Shown piece after piece: positions 24,401 to 34,117 of a stretch of DNA of 64,000 nt. This stretch comes from an uncultured bacterium (GTDB lineage Bacteria; Oederibacteriota; PGYV01; CAWJRG01). The stretch is taken from NCBI GenBank assembly GCA_963845185.1, contig CAWJRG010000010.1, forward strand, positions 480,001-544,000, given 5' to 3'. A program made the translations under genes and the position numbers. Under the pieces are notes generated by a model that was given only the letters and a program-made list of their open reading frames with translations, made no database searches and was not told the origin of the DNA. Within the stretch, counting starts at the first letter, position 1; the number at the start of each line of letters is the position of its first letter.

Positions 24401-27400
24401 CCCGGGCAGTCCACTGCCGTCGCGAAATCAATTGTTGCCGTTGCCGTTGGCGTGATGGTCTGCGTGCCGGTTGATGTCAGTGCCGGCGTATTTGTCGGCG
24501 TCATGTAAGTAAATACAACCTCGTCTACCCATCCTGCATCTGAGCCGGCCGGGCTTGAGCTGTCCTTGGAATATTCCCATGTCAGCGTGTGGACACCGTC
24601 CGGTACTAAATATGAGAACTGCTGCCAGTCAACATTCCCGCTTATCTCCTGTATCTTGGTGTTGTCTATGTAAAAATCCAGGAGGCCGGAAGCCGGCTGG
24701 CTCGATACTTTCCAGTAAAAGCTTATCATGCCCGGCCCGGTTGTCGTGGTCTGCAGATACGTCTGCATGTTGCTGCCTATCGCGCCGCTCTGCGCAGCGC
24801 CTCCGTTGTAATAATAAACCGAGCCCTCGCCTGCCCACTGGGAATTGCCCATTGTGGTAAAGGTGAGCGAGTAATTGTCAAGCGCCTGGTTTAAGGACAT
24901 GGTTGGCGTTAATGTAACTGTCGGCGTTGCTATGATTGTCTGGGTTGCGGTCTTTGTGATTGTAAAAGTCGGCGTCGCGCTCACAGCCGGGGTGATGGTG
25001 GATGTCGGCGTCGACAGTATGACCACTGAAAGCGAAAGCGTGTATTCCGGTATGGTCTGCGGCATCCCGTAATATTTATATACTGATACTACCTCGGCGT
25101 AATATGTGCCCGGTTGCAGCGTAGTCGATATCAGTGACCATACTCCCATGCCGCCGCTGTCGTCGTCATATAACAAGTATGTGCCCGTTGCAGCTCCCGC
25201 TGCCGTGTAAAGGTATAGTCCCGTGTCGCCTGACTGGCCCGGCCCGATTGATGAAATAACAATATCAGACGGGTATGTTAAAGTAAACTTTACCCAGTCC
25301 ACGTCTCCCACAGGGTATATTGAGTGTATCTGCGGCACGCCGTTGTAAATATAATTCGCGTGCAGATAATCCCCGTCGTATTCGTAGCTGTCAAGCTCTC
25401 CCTGCGGCGTGCTTGTCGGCGTGACTGTGTAAGTGACTGTTATTGTGGCTGTAAACTGTGAAACATTCAGCGTTATCGTGTACTGCGGTATGACTGCGTT
25501 CTGCCCTGTCTCCTGCACTTCCGCGTAATATGTCCCCGGGCCAAGCATGCGCGTGATGCCGGCAAATCCGGACTGCTCGATGTCGCTGGCTATCGGCGTG
25601 ACCGGCACTCCTGACGAGCTATAAAGCCACATGGATGTCGCGCCTGAAGCTCCTGATGTCGTGATGTTGACCGTGCCCTGCGAGCCTATGGTAAATTTTA
25701 CCCAGTCAGTGTCTGCAGGATTGTCAATGCTGTGCGTCTGCGGCGTGCCTGTGTATATCCAAGACGCGCTGGTGTATACATTGTCGGGCTCGTATATGTC
25801 CGGAGGGACCGGTGTCTGCGTGGATGTCGGCGTAACCGCCAAAACATTGAGGTCCAGATTATAGCTGTCAATCGTCTGGTTCTTGCCTTTTTCGTTTACT
25901 TCCGCGTAGTAAATCCCGGGCGGCAGGGTCATTGTTATGGATGAGCAGAACCCGCCTCCGCTGTTGTCGTCGTACGCAAGGTATGTCGTTGGCACTCCAA
26001 CGTCGTTATACAAATACATTTCAGTATCGCCCAAAGTATTGGATGTCCATATGTGTATCATCGACTCCTGCGTGAGGGTGAATTTCACCCAGTCAACGTC
26101 GGTTGGCACGTGTATGCTGTGCGTCTGAGTGACGCCCGGCACTATAACCTTCGCGTTCTCGAAAGTGTCGTCGTTTTCATACATGTCGCCCACTACAGGC
26201 GTTTGCGTGCATGTCGGCGTTATCGGGTTGATATTCACGGCAAGGTAGTACGACGGGATGATTGCGTTCTGACCGTTTTGCATTACCTCCACGTAGTAAG
26301 TGCCCGGCCCTAAAGTCTCAGTCAGGCCGGAGAAAAATCCCAGGCCGTCGTCGTTGTTCATTGCCAGGTATGTATTCGGCACCCCGGTTGCGTTGTAAAG
26401 GTAAATAACCGTGTCGCCTGAAACTCCCGAAGTGTTGATTGTCACAACCGAGTTTACCGCGACGGTGAATTTCACCCAGTCAACGTCCGTGGGCGTGTTT
26501 ATGGAGTGTTCCTGCTGGACTCCGCTTAGTATTGTTTTTGCCTGTAAATATGTATTGTCCGGTTCGTACATGTCCGGCAGCACCGCGGTTGATGTGGGCG
26601 TCGGTGTAATGGGCGTCATGTTCAGGCTTAAATTATAATACGGTATGATTTCGCTCTGGCTGTATTGCTGTATGCGTATGTAATATGTGCCCTGCGTTAA
26701 GTTCCCTGTTATTTCCGAGAAATAGTCGTACCCGAGGCCCTTTCCGTCTATGTCGTCGTTGTACAGTAAGTATGTGTTCGGCACGCCCGCGGATGTGTAC
26801 AGCCACATTACTGTGTCGCCTGTGTCTTCGTCGCTCACGCCGCTTGTTTTAATATCGACGTATGACGGCGTTGTTACGTCAAATTTTATCCAGTCAACAT
26901 CTGTCATCGGGAATATGCTGCGTATCTGCGTCTCCCCGTTTTGTATGTATTTGGCCTGCGTGTATGTATTGTCCGGCTCATACGCGTCGGGCCCGGCTAT
27001 TGTCATTGTAACAAAATAATCAGGTATTATTGTTTCATTATCATAGCTCTGGATTTTTACATAATAAGTGCCTGCAGGCAGTACCTCTTCTATCTTTGAG
27101 CACGCGCCGATACCACCGTCGTCGTCATAGGCAAGATATGTGCCTGCGGCAACGCCTGACGAATCATAAAGCCACATTTCAGTATCTATAGCGTCGCCCC
27201 ATGTCTCCACTATGACATCCGATGAAGCTGACAGCGTGAAACTCAGCCAGTCAACGTCGGTCGCAGGCACTATATTGTGCTCCTGACGCTGCCACGGGTA
27301 AATCGGTTTCGCGTGCTCGTAGTCGCCGTCGTATTCATACGCGTCCAGCGGTATCTGGGTAAGCGTAATTGTGGGTGTTGGCGTTGCTGTTGTAGTGACT

Positions 27401-30400
27401 GTAGGAGTATTGGTAAATGTAAACGTCAGGTATATTGTGCTGGTCAATGTGGGGCTCGCTGTCAAAGTGGCCGTGCTGGTCTCGGTTTCTGAATAAGTGG
27501 CTGTCTGCGTCATTGACGGGCTGGCTGTTAAGGTTTCTGTCTGGGTAGTGGTTGGCGTCGCCGTGGCTGTAAAAGGCTCTGTTTCCGTGAATGTCATTGT
27601 CGGAGTAAATGTCTGTGTTATTGTCTGCGTTATGGTCTGCGTGACTGTGGGCGAGTCTGTTGGTGTAGCGGTAAAAGTCTGCGTAGCTGTCGCCGTGGGT
27701 GTTTCTGTAAAAGTCTGCGTTTGAGTATATGTGGGCGAGTCTGTAGGCGTAAAAGTCGCAGTGCCCGTGAATGTCTGCGTGCCTGTTGCCGTTGATGTCC
27801 CGGTAGCTGAAGGAGTTTCGGTCCCGGTCCATGTGCCTGTTGCGGTAAGCGTCGGCGTAAAAGTCGCGGTCCCTGTCGCTGTCTGCGTGGCTGTTGGAGT
27901 ATATGTGTAAGTGGATGTTGCCGTCTTTGTCGGCGTGACGGTCAGGGTCGGCGTAGGCGGCTCAATGACAAGTATATTAGGGCTTGTCCCTGTGACGGAC
28001 ATGTCGGTTGTCTGCTTTACTGTTATTGTAAATATGCCGTCTGTATTCAGCGTTGCGGTAAATGCAACCACCCCGGCATCCGCCAATGCAAATTTATAAT
28101 CCGCCGGCAGCGAAGCTGCTGCGTCCGTTGAGAAAAAAGTTACCGTATTGTTATAGGTATCTACTGTCGCTCCGTACGCGTCCTTTGCCCTGACGTTTAT
28201 TGTAAACGGCTGTCCCTTATATACCGATGCCGGCGCGGACACCGCGAACGATACAACAGGCACTGTTGTTATTATTCCCGATGTTTCAGTGTCGTCCGGG
28301 TTTGTCATTTTCACGGTCACTACATGCTGTACCCCTGAAAGTATGGACAGCTGCAGGAGCGCGGTCGCTTTGCCTGATGAGTCAGTGGAGGTTTCAAGCG
28401 GGCTTATTGAGCCGTTGTTCGTCGAGAAATCAATGAGCACTCCCTGCATGCCTATGGTATTGCCGTTCTGGTCCACTACCTGGGCTGTTATTGTGACAAA
28501 AGAGCCTGCGGCTGCAGTAGTGTTTGATGACGGCGACACCATGATAAAATATCCGGTCACCACCGTGAGCGTGTCTGTGCCGTCTGTGATATGCCCGTCG
28601 TGCGCTGTAAGGGTGTAGGTGCCTGTATAATGGCTTTTTACGTAAACCGTGGCAGCGCCGCTGGAATCAAGAGCGGCTATTACTGTTGTGCCCCAGTTAA
28701 TTTTATCAAGTGAAAAAAGCACATTGGCCGAATTTGCCGTGAGTGTCACGTAATCAGGCGAGACAGTCGCCGGAGAATCGTAACCGTTCGCGTCTTTCGC
28801 GTTTATATAAAGCGTGCCAATTTTGTCTGCGCCCTGCGACATTGGAGCCGGCAAAAACGCAAGGTGTGTCGCTGCCGCGGATGCGGATATTGTTATTGTC
28901 GTGCCAAGCAGGCCGGGCGAATCTATCACGCAGTAATCCATGCTTCCTGTCGCGTCCGTGCTTACTTTGAAAAAGATTGTAATCTGGCCGCTCGCGTTTG
29001 TCGTGTTTGACAGCGACGCTATTGCCGCGTTTTGCGTTTTCCCTGTCTGTACCATGGCTGTGCCTGTTACCCACTGCCCGACTATCGGGTTGCCGTATAA
29101 ATCCGTGACCTGCGCTGTTATTGTGACCCACTGCCCCGCGGGTACCGAGTATTTGTTTGATGTCGCGCTTAAAATAGCCGCCTGGCCGGCAACAATTGTC
29201 GCGTATGCCTTTCCGTCAGTAAGCGCGCCGGCGCTGTCGTGCGCAGTAATTGTTTTACTGTTTCCGACAATGGTATCCATATAATACAGGTTCGCACTGC
29301 CGTTATTTAACGTTACGTTCAGCGACTGGCTCCATGTGGTCTGGTCAACGGAAAATTTCATTGTTGACGAAACTGACGAAACCTGCACGACGCTGTTTGA
29401 GAACGCGTTGTTGCCTGACGAGTCTTTTGCCTGTAATGCTATCGCGTACGGATTGCCAGCTGCGGAAGTGCTTGTGACAGGATGTATAACAAGGTATGAA
29501 GCCTGTGAGTTATTTACATAAATCACCGAAGAGCCGGATAAAACCCCTGATGCTGACGCGGTTACCGTGACAGTTTCCGGCGCTGAATCCCTGACAAGAA
29601 GGCTTTTAATTGCAGTCCCCTGAAACACGGCCGACGGCGACCATGTCGACCCGTTGTCAGTTGAAAACTGGAATGTGCCTGAACCCGAGTTTACTGTAAT
29701 ATTCCTTGTGTCTGAAACAAAATTTCCAAACTGATCGGTGATGTCGGCGTAAAGCGTGCTTGTCATTCCCGTCTGCATGGACAGCGTGCCGGGGCTTAAG
29801 CTGACTTTTGACGCGGGCCCTGCAATAAAATTCACCGTGATTATCTTTGATATGTGCGCGCCGCGAACGGTAATGTTTGCCTGTCCTGCTTTTGTGGACG
29901 ACACGCGGGCAAACGCGTTCCCGCTCCAGTCGGTTATTGCCTTTGTATTAAGGCTCACCGCTACCGGCGCTATGATGTCCTCAGGCCTGCTGGACGTAAA
30001 ATCAAAAATTGCGTATCCTATCGCGGTATTGTCGGGCGCGTACATGTGCGCGGTTATCGTGCACGAGCTTGCCCCGTCCGCGGTTATATTCCCTGCCGGC
30101 GACTGCGCCAGGCTGTAATCCTTTACGACCCAGATATAATTGTTAATCGGAGCCGGCGTGCTTATGCCTCCGTTTCCCTGGTTGGCGGCTAAATTGCCGT
30201 CAACCATTACGGTGTTGTTAAACGGTATGGTGTTGAAGTTTGAAAAGAAATTTTTCACAACGTTGCCGCTCGAATCCTTGAACTGTATGTTGTCAAAGAC
30301 CGCGTTGAATGTGCCTGCTTTGTTTGACGGCGCGCCGTTGTAACCGATGTTGCCCGTGTCCTGTGAAAGCTCGGCCTGGTTATAAGTGGCTCCTCCGAGG

Positions 30401-33102
30401 GCCGATATGTTGAATTTCCTGTGGTACCAGGTTCCGTCAGCGTAAGCGCCAAGGTCCATGGAAGGATGGCACCTTACCCCGTTCTGGTCTATTATATAAG
30501 TTTGTGAAGCCTGGCCATAGTCCCTCATGTCGCCGAAAGAACCTGCGAACTCGGTCCCTGTGTAAAAATCCGCGCTCGATGACGGTACGAAAACGTCGTA
30601 TTCGAGGTAATTGTTGTTTGCTATCGCGGTGTTTGCCGGCTGCGATATGTAAATATAGACAAACTCGTATGTGTTTGCCGCTGTTAAATATGATGTCAAA
30701 AGCAGCGGCTGTCCGTATGAGGTGGCCGGTGTGATTACGTTTATATTGTTGCTGGTGCCTGATATTGACCCTGAAATTATGTCGGTAGCTGTTATTGTCT
30801 GTATTCCGTTTGTAATGAGTGTGGATGAGAAAATTCTGCTGCCCGAGTCTGAAAGCTGGAAACTGTAATCAGCAGGCAGTATTCCCGACCCGTCGGTTGA
30901 GGAAAAATGCACGGTACCCGTGTAATTGGTTATGACGTTTCCGTAAGCGTCCTGGGCTGTTACGACAAAATTAAACGCAACCCCGGAGTCGGCGGAAGAC
31001 GGTGCTGTCACAAGGAATTTTGCCAGTGCCCCGGCTATGACATTTATGTCGTTGCTTGTGCCGTTGATTGAAGCGTCGGTGATGTCCTGGCAGTGTATCC
31101 TCTGTATGCCGGTCGTCTTCATTGTAACTGCTAATATTTTTACCCCGTTATCCGCTGCCGTAAACTGGGTATCCCCCGGGGAAACCCAGTTTGAGTCTGT
31201 GGATGAAAAGCTTACTGTCCCTGTATAGCCGGTTGCCACGTCTCCATACGCGTCTTTTGCAGTGACCGTGATATAAAATACCTGCCCTGCTGTCACGGAT
31301 GACGGCGCGTTTATAATAAATCCAATTGCGTCTCCTGTTGTGACAAGTATGCTTGCCGTGCCTGTCATGCCCGTATCCACTGTGTCATTGCCCGTTATCG
31401 TTTGTGTCCCGGGTGTCATAAGCACAACCTGGAATATATGCGAACCTGCATCAGTCGCCGGCACGTATGCATAGTCATCCGGAAGCGTAAACACTGCCGC
31501 GCTTGTGGAAAGGTGCAGTGTCCCGGCATAATTGTCCGCCACTTCGTTTCCGTATATGGCGCTTGTCATTGCTGTGACTGTTATGTAAAAAGGCTGTCCC
31601 GCTTTCACCGTGGCAGGCGCTGTGATTATATAATGATCGTGGTCCTTTGTCGGTGTGGGAGTTACCGTGCAGGTTATTGTGTCTGTAAATGAAGGTGTAT
31701 ATGTTGGCGACATTGTGGAAGTTTGGCTATCAGTATATGTAAAAGTAGGGCTTGAAGTAATGGTATATGTGAATGTCCCTGTTACTGTAGCTGAAAAAGA
31801 AGGTGAAGCGCTGGGAGTGATTGTCGGCGTGGCAGTGTAAGTTCCTGTTATAGTGAATGTGCCTGTAAATGTTTCTGTGCAGGTAAAAGTCGGCGTACAG
31901 GTAAAAGTCAGGCTGGGCGTCTGGGTATATGTGAATGTTTCTGTAAAAGTCGCGGATATTGAATAAGTCGGCGTAAAGGAAGGCGTATATGTCGGTGTTT
32001 CTGAAAACGTCGGCGTTGCCGTAAGTGTAACCGTTAATGTGGGTGTGTCCGTAAAAGTGTAGGTGGGCGTATCTGTCTGCGTGACTGTATAAGTCGCCTG
32101 AAAAAGGTCTGTTTCATTTGACGATGTTTCTGTTATCCCGTCGGCTGAGCCGTACGCCACATTTGCAAGCTGTCCTGTAAACGGCTGGGTGACGACCGCC
32201 TGGAAACAGACCTGCAGCGGAGTTCCCCTGTCAATCTGGCTGTAATTCCATACAATTTCGTTGCCTACTACCGTACCGCCGTTTAAACTCCCGGTAACAG
32301 GCGCAAGCTGGGGCGGCAGCGGGTCACGTAAAACGAAATTATTCATGGTCGCGACTGCCTGGCCTAGTATCTGAAGGAAAACGTCCCAGCCGCTGGCAGG
32401 TGTGCTGTAATCAAGCCAGATTCCTCCGGCGAGCGGCGGCAGGTATATAGGATTGCATTTTTCGTAAAGGTCGCCTGTCCCGTACCTTGATGGGTTAAAA
32501 GTAATGGCGTGTATTATTACGCCCTGGGAATAAAGGTCGGTCGCCGTCAGGCTCAAAGACAGCGGGTCACCGTCGGCCTCGGAACAGGGTATGGCCTCGT
32601 CTGTAATCAGTATCATTGTCTTTGACGCATTCTGCCGCCACGGGAATGTATTCGCCACATACAGGGCCTCGAGGTCCTGTTCTATGCCGCCTGCACACGG
32701 TATTCCAGCCAGCCAGCTTTCAAATTTACTGTCGGTTTCTGCGAAACCGTAGGAATCGTAATTGCCGTCGACAAAAGTCTCTAGCCCGTTCCTGTAGTCA
32801 ATGTGCCTGCCTGAGAGCTCCTGGGTAAAATAATCAAGGTTTGCTATGATGTTATTTATGCCATAATTCATTGACCCGCTGCGGTCTATTACCCATATAA
32901 TATCCGCCTGTGGTGTAACATACTGGGGGTTTACTGTAATGCAGTAATTAACAGTGTCTCCTACTGAAACAACATCTTTATCCTGGCTTTTCACAAGCGT
33001 GAGCACGCCTGAATAAAGGCTGCCTGTTATCCCCAAAAAAACGGATAAAAAGCACAAAACTATAAAAAACTTCTTGGTTTTTTGAGTGTTAATGAATTTC
33101 AA
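21499..33102 (-). CDS. Giant (3867 aa) modular surface protein/adhesin: DUF11-like Ig with inserted vWA, T-rich repeats, Ig-like repeats, 6 PPC-like domains, 2+2 jelly-roll domains, T9SS-like CTD
   Basis: TTG start and signal peptide; MIDAS DRSGS; six D.YE.D...DVDW.KF...PGTYY-type repeats; duplicated AAQSG...SFYWKVSS and GLWHQVPDS...RGWY.DDI domains; C-terminal VYPNP. Confidence 0.85.
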   Translation of the reverse strand: MKFINTQKTKKFFIVLCFLSVFLGITGSLYSGVLTLVKSQDKDVVSVGDTVNYCITVNPQYVTPQADIIWVIDRSGSMNYGINNIIANLDYFTQELSGRHIDYRNGLETFVDGNYDSYGFAETDSKFESWLAGIPCAGGIEQDLEALYVANTFPWRQNASKTMILITDEAIPCSEADGDPLSLSLTATDLYSQGVIIHAITFNPSRYGTGDLYEKCNPIYLPPLAGGIWLDYSTPASGWDVFLQILGQAVATMNNFVLRDPLPPQLAPVTGSLNGGTVVGNEIVWNYSQIDRGTPLQVCFQAVVTQPFTGQLANVAYGSADGITETSSNETDLFQATYTVTQTDTPTYTFTDTPTLTVTLTATPTFSETPTYTPSFTPTYSISATFTETFTYTQTPSLTFTCTPTFTCTETFTGTFTITGTYTATPTITPSASPSFSATVTGTFTYTITSSPTFTYTDSQTSTMSPTYTPSFTDTITCTVTPTPTKDHDHYIITAPATVKAGQPFYITVTAMTSAIYGNEVADNYAGTLHLSTSAAVFTLPDDYAYVPATDAGSHIFQVVLMTPGTQTITGNDTVDTGMTGTASILVTTGDAIGFIINAPSSVTAGQVFYITVTAKDAYGDVATGYTGTVSFSSTDSNWVSPGDTQFTAADNGVKILAVTMKTTGIQRIHCQDITDASINGTSNDINVIAGALAKFLVTAPSSADSGVAFNFVVTAQDAYGNVITNYTGTVHFSSTDGSGILPADYSFQLSDSGSRIFSSTLITNGIQTITATDIISGSISGTSNNINVITPATSYGQPLLLTSYLTAANTYEFVYIYISQPANTAIANNNYLEYDVFVPSSSADFYTGTEFAGSFGDMRDYGQASQTYIIDQNGVRCHPSMDLGAYADGTWYHRKFNISALGGATYNQAELSQDTGNIGYNGAPSNKAGTFNAVFDNIQFKDSSGNVVKNFFSNFNTIPFNNTVMVDGNLAANQGNGGISTPAPINNYIWVVKDYSLAQSPAGNITADGASSCTITAHMYAPDNTAIGYAIFDFTSSRPEDIIAPVAVSLNTKAITDWSGNAFARVSSTKAGQANITVRGAHISKIITVNFIAGPASKVSLSPGTLSMQTGMTSTLYADITDQFGNFVSDTRNITVNSGSGTFQFSTDNGSTWSPSAVFQGTAIKSLLVRDSAPETVTVTASASGVLSGSSVIYVNNSQASYLVIHPVTSTSAAGNPYAIALQAKDSSGNNAFSNSVVQVSSVSSTMKFSVDQTTWSQSLNVTLNNGSANLYYMDTIVGNSKTITAHDSAGALTDGKAYATIVAGQAAILSATSNKYSVPAGQWVTITAQVTDLYGNPIVGQWVTGTAMVQTGKTQNAAIASLSNTTNASGQITIFFKVSTDATGSMDYCVIDSPGLLGTTITISASAAATHLAFLPAPMSQGADKIGTLYINAKDANGYDSPATVSPDYVTLTANSANVLFSLDKINWGTTVIAALDSSGAATVYVKSHYTGTYTLTAHDGHITDGTDTLTVVTGYFIMVSPSSNTTAAAGSFVTITAQVVDQNGNTIGMQGVLIDFSTNNGSISPLETSTDSSGKATALLQLSILSGVQHVVTVKMTNPDDTETSGIITTVPVVSFAVSAPASVYKGQPFTINVRAKDAYGATVDTYNNTVTFFSTDAAASLPADYKFALADAGVVAFTATLNTDGIFTITVKQTTDMSVTGTSPNILVIEPPTPTLTVTPTKTATSTYTYTPTATQTATGTATFTPTLTATGTWTGTETPSATGTSTATGTQTFTGTATFTPTDSPTYTQTQTFTETPTATATQTFTATPTDSPTVTQTITQTITQTFTPTMTFTETEPFTATATPTTTQTETLTASPSMTQTATYSETETSTATLTASPTLTSTIYLTFTFTNTPTVTTTATPTPTITLTQIPLDAYEYDGDYEHAKPIYPWQRQEHNIVPATDVDWLSFTLSASSDVIVETWGDAIDTEMWLYDSSGVAAGTYLAYDDDGGIGACSKIEEVLPAGTYYVKIQSYDNETIIPDYFVTMTIAGPDAYEPDNTYTQAKYIQNGETQIRSIFPMTDVDWIKFDVTTPSYVDIKTSGVSDEDTGDTVMWLYTSAGVPNTYLLYNDDIDGKGLGYDYFSEITGNLTQGTYYIRIQQYSQSEIIPYYNLSLNMTPITPTPTSTAVLPDMYEPDNTYLQAKTILSGVQQEHSINTPTDVDWVKFTVAVNSVVTINTSGVSGDTVIYLYNATGVPNTYLAMNNDDGLGFFSGLTETLGPGTYYVEVMQNGQNAIIPSYYLAVNINPITPTCTQTPVVGDMYENDDTFENAKVIVPGVTQTHSIHVPTDVDWVKFTLTQESMIHIWTSNTLGDTEMYLYNDVGVPTTYLAYDDNSGGGFCSSITMTLPPGIYYAEVNEKGKNQTIDSYNLDLNVLAVTPTSTQTPVPPDIYEPDNVYTSASWIYTGTPQTHSIDNPADTDWVKFTIGSQGTVNITTSGASGATSMWLYSSSGVPVTPIASDIEQSGFAGITRMLGPGTYYAEVQETGQNAVIPQYTITLNVSQFTATITVTYTVTPTSTPQGELDSYEYDGDYLHANYIYNGVPQIHSIYPVGDVDWVKFTLTYPSDIVISSIGPGQSGDTGLYLYTAAGAATGTYLLYDDDSGGMGVWSLISTTLQPGTYYAEVVSVYKYYGMPQTIPEYTLSLSVVILSTPTSTITPAVSATPTFTITKTATQTIIATPTVTLTPTMSLNQALDNYSLTFTTMGNSQWAGEGSVYYYNGGAAQSGAIGSNMQTYLQTTTTGPGMISFYWKVSSQPASGLLDFYIDNTKIQEISGNVDWQQFSYLVPDGVHTLTWEYSKDSSSPAGSDAGWVDEVVFTYMTPTNTPALTSTGTQTITPTATATIDFATAVDCPGTVFSSYGAAAWFGEASTYYYGGSAGQSGHVTASQYSYVETDYAGPGNLSFYWKVSSQLNSDYLELFIDGVLTSSISGEAGWTLQTYTLGAGDHVIRWMYTKDASGDAGSDCGWIDKVSYSQYTMTVTYSNTPTMTITRTSTISPTFTITPIGGSYTATGLWHQVPDSQTPPGRTSPSPDSWYYGLDSTLTYDTGARNTGDLIGPVYYNIAPGSSLTFLSWEQTENSPYYDTRNVYISTDGGTTWAQIYNLFGIENVWHQVTIDLSAYVGQNVRFKFTFDTVDAYANDYRGWYLDDITLAGPTPTITPTGTFTGTSTSTVYVSATNTRTLTSSITPSVTGTMSSTLTWTPTFTPSITSTMSSTPTYTPTCTSTVIILGLWHQVPDSEAPGGDPSTSPLVWYYGIDSTLTYDTGDRTYGSMITQAYYNIQAGSYLTFLSWEETEDSPDYDLRNIYISTDMGASWVKIDNLYGTEDVWYQVAIPLSAYAGQDVMFRFEFDSVDGYANDFRGWYVDDISVIVPTATATNTGTVTSTPPPTETYTATETLTVTETGVCSPTYTPTATQTETESPVLSETPTYTYTPTATETEFDSPTYTATETQTETESPVVSETPTYTETPTSTETEVCSPTGTFTISPTSTESPIVSETPTYTLTVTETEVCSPTYTFTISPTSTESPIVSETPTYTETPTPTETEVCSPTDTFTISPTSTESPIVSETPTYTETPTWTITLTGTPTATDTSTATGTNTSTPTDTYTVTMTETMTKTFIMTRTSSMTPTGTFTITPTYTQTYSSTPTSSFTGTATITETYSYTATISQTMTGTYSYTATMTLTLTPSETQTATGTVPSATQSIVVTVTPTTAATQSSFEVNDQKVYPNPILVQRGGNFMVSYYLTQDVNDAYMMIYTQSYRLVKRIQLSGYDTAGLKIKPEDVSQFNSFASSSCYYYIEASGVNGRKARSKIKCIIIFK
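22215..22770 (-). repeat. ~110-120 bp imperfect tandem repeats encoding TETEVCSPT.TFTISPTSTESPIVSETPTYT
   Basis: GGGCTTTCCGTGCTTGTCGGCGATATTGTGAATGT recurs at ~22268, ~22376 and ~22478; further degenerate units follow. Confidence 0.85.
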
Positions 33103-33308
33103 TTAATTATCCCTTTGTTCCAGTGGAATCCCGCCGACTGAAGTTGGGGGATTTCTTTCTGGATTTAATCGTTTTTAATTCATTACATCTTTATAAGTTT
33201 ACATAATAATTAACGCAAAATCAAGTTATAATTTGAAGTGCTATTTTGTTGGGTTATATTAAGAAAAACTGCATTTTAAGCAGTTTAAGAACCTGTCAAT
33301 GCTTAGTA

Positions 33309-33809
33309 CTATAACCAGTATTCAAACCCTGCTTTTATGGTGATGTATGATGGTATTACAATGTCCAGGCCTTCGTCTTTTTCAGCTTTATCTGTGATTG
33401 TTTTATAAAACCACATATAACCTAACTCTGCAAAAATAGAAAGCCTGTCTCCCAGTCCTATATGCACGCCGGCCTGGGGTTCGGCAAATGATAACATGAT
33501 TGCGTGGTCACGGTCTGCATCCATATCTGCTGCGATAAATGTATTGCCCAAACCAGCATAATACAAATCCGTTATGTTGTAATGCAAATCCACTGAAGCT
33601 TCTGTTAGCCACGCCGGTGTTAAGAGGCGACCTCCGGCATCCACGGATATAGTCAATCGTCTGTTGAATACGAGATGGTTATATCCCAACAACCAAACGT
33701 TATATCCTGGAAATTCCGCCTGCACGAAAATCGAGTGGTCGTAAGCAATGCATTTAGCCGCCACGGCAATCAAGAAAAAAATCAGCATAATTTTTGTTTT
33801 CTTTCCCAT
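33309..33809 (-). CDS. Small exported protein, possibly an 8-stranded outer-membrane barrel
   Basis: Signal peptide, amphipathic strands, aromatic C-terminus AGFEYWL. Confidence 0.5.
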   Translation of the reverse strand: MGKKTKIMLIFFLIAVAAKCIAYDHSIFVQAEFPGYNVWLLGYNHLVFNRRLTISVDAGGRLLTPAWLTEASVDLHYNITDLYYAGLGNTFIAADMDADRDHAIMLSFAEPQAGVHIGLGDRLSIFAELGYMWFYKTITDKAEKDEGLDIVIPSYITIKAGFEYWL

Positions 33810-33811
33810 AG

Positions 33812-34045
33812 TTATTCGCCGTTATTTCCTATTGAGGTACTCGGGCAGGATTCCATTGCCTCCGCGCACAGCTTTTCCTCCTGCGCATTTTCCGGCTGTT
33901 CATAAACATATGCGTGCGTATCGTCCCCGCTCATTTTAAAATTCGCCTGAGCTGTAACTACGCACAGTTCGCAGGCAATACACTGGTCGTCCACGTAATA
34001 TTTTCCTTTCACGTTGTCCGGTAATTTTGAATTTACGTTTGGCAT
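33812..34045 (-). CDS. Ferredoxin (single cluster)
   Basis: YYVDDQCIACELC...ESCP motif. Confidence 0.9.
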   Translation of the reverse strand: MPNVNSKLPDNVKGKYYVDDQCIACELCVVTAQANFKMSGDDTHAYVYEQPENAQEEKLCAEAMESCPSTSIGNNGE

Positions 34046-34117
34046 CTTTCTTTCTCCTGTTTAAATTTGTTTTAAGCCGTTGCTTGCTTGTTGCCAGTAA
34101 TTTTTTTCAGTAAATAT

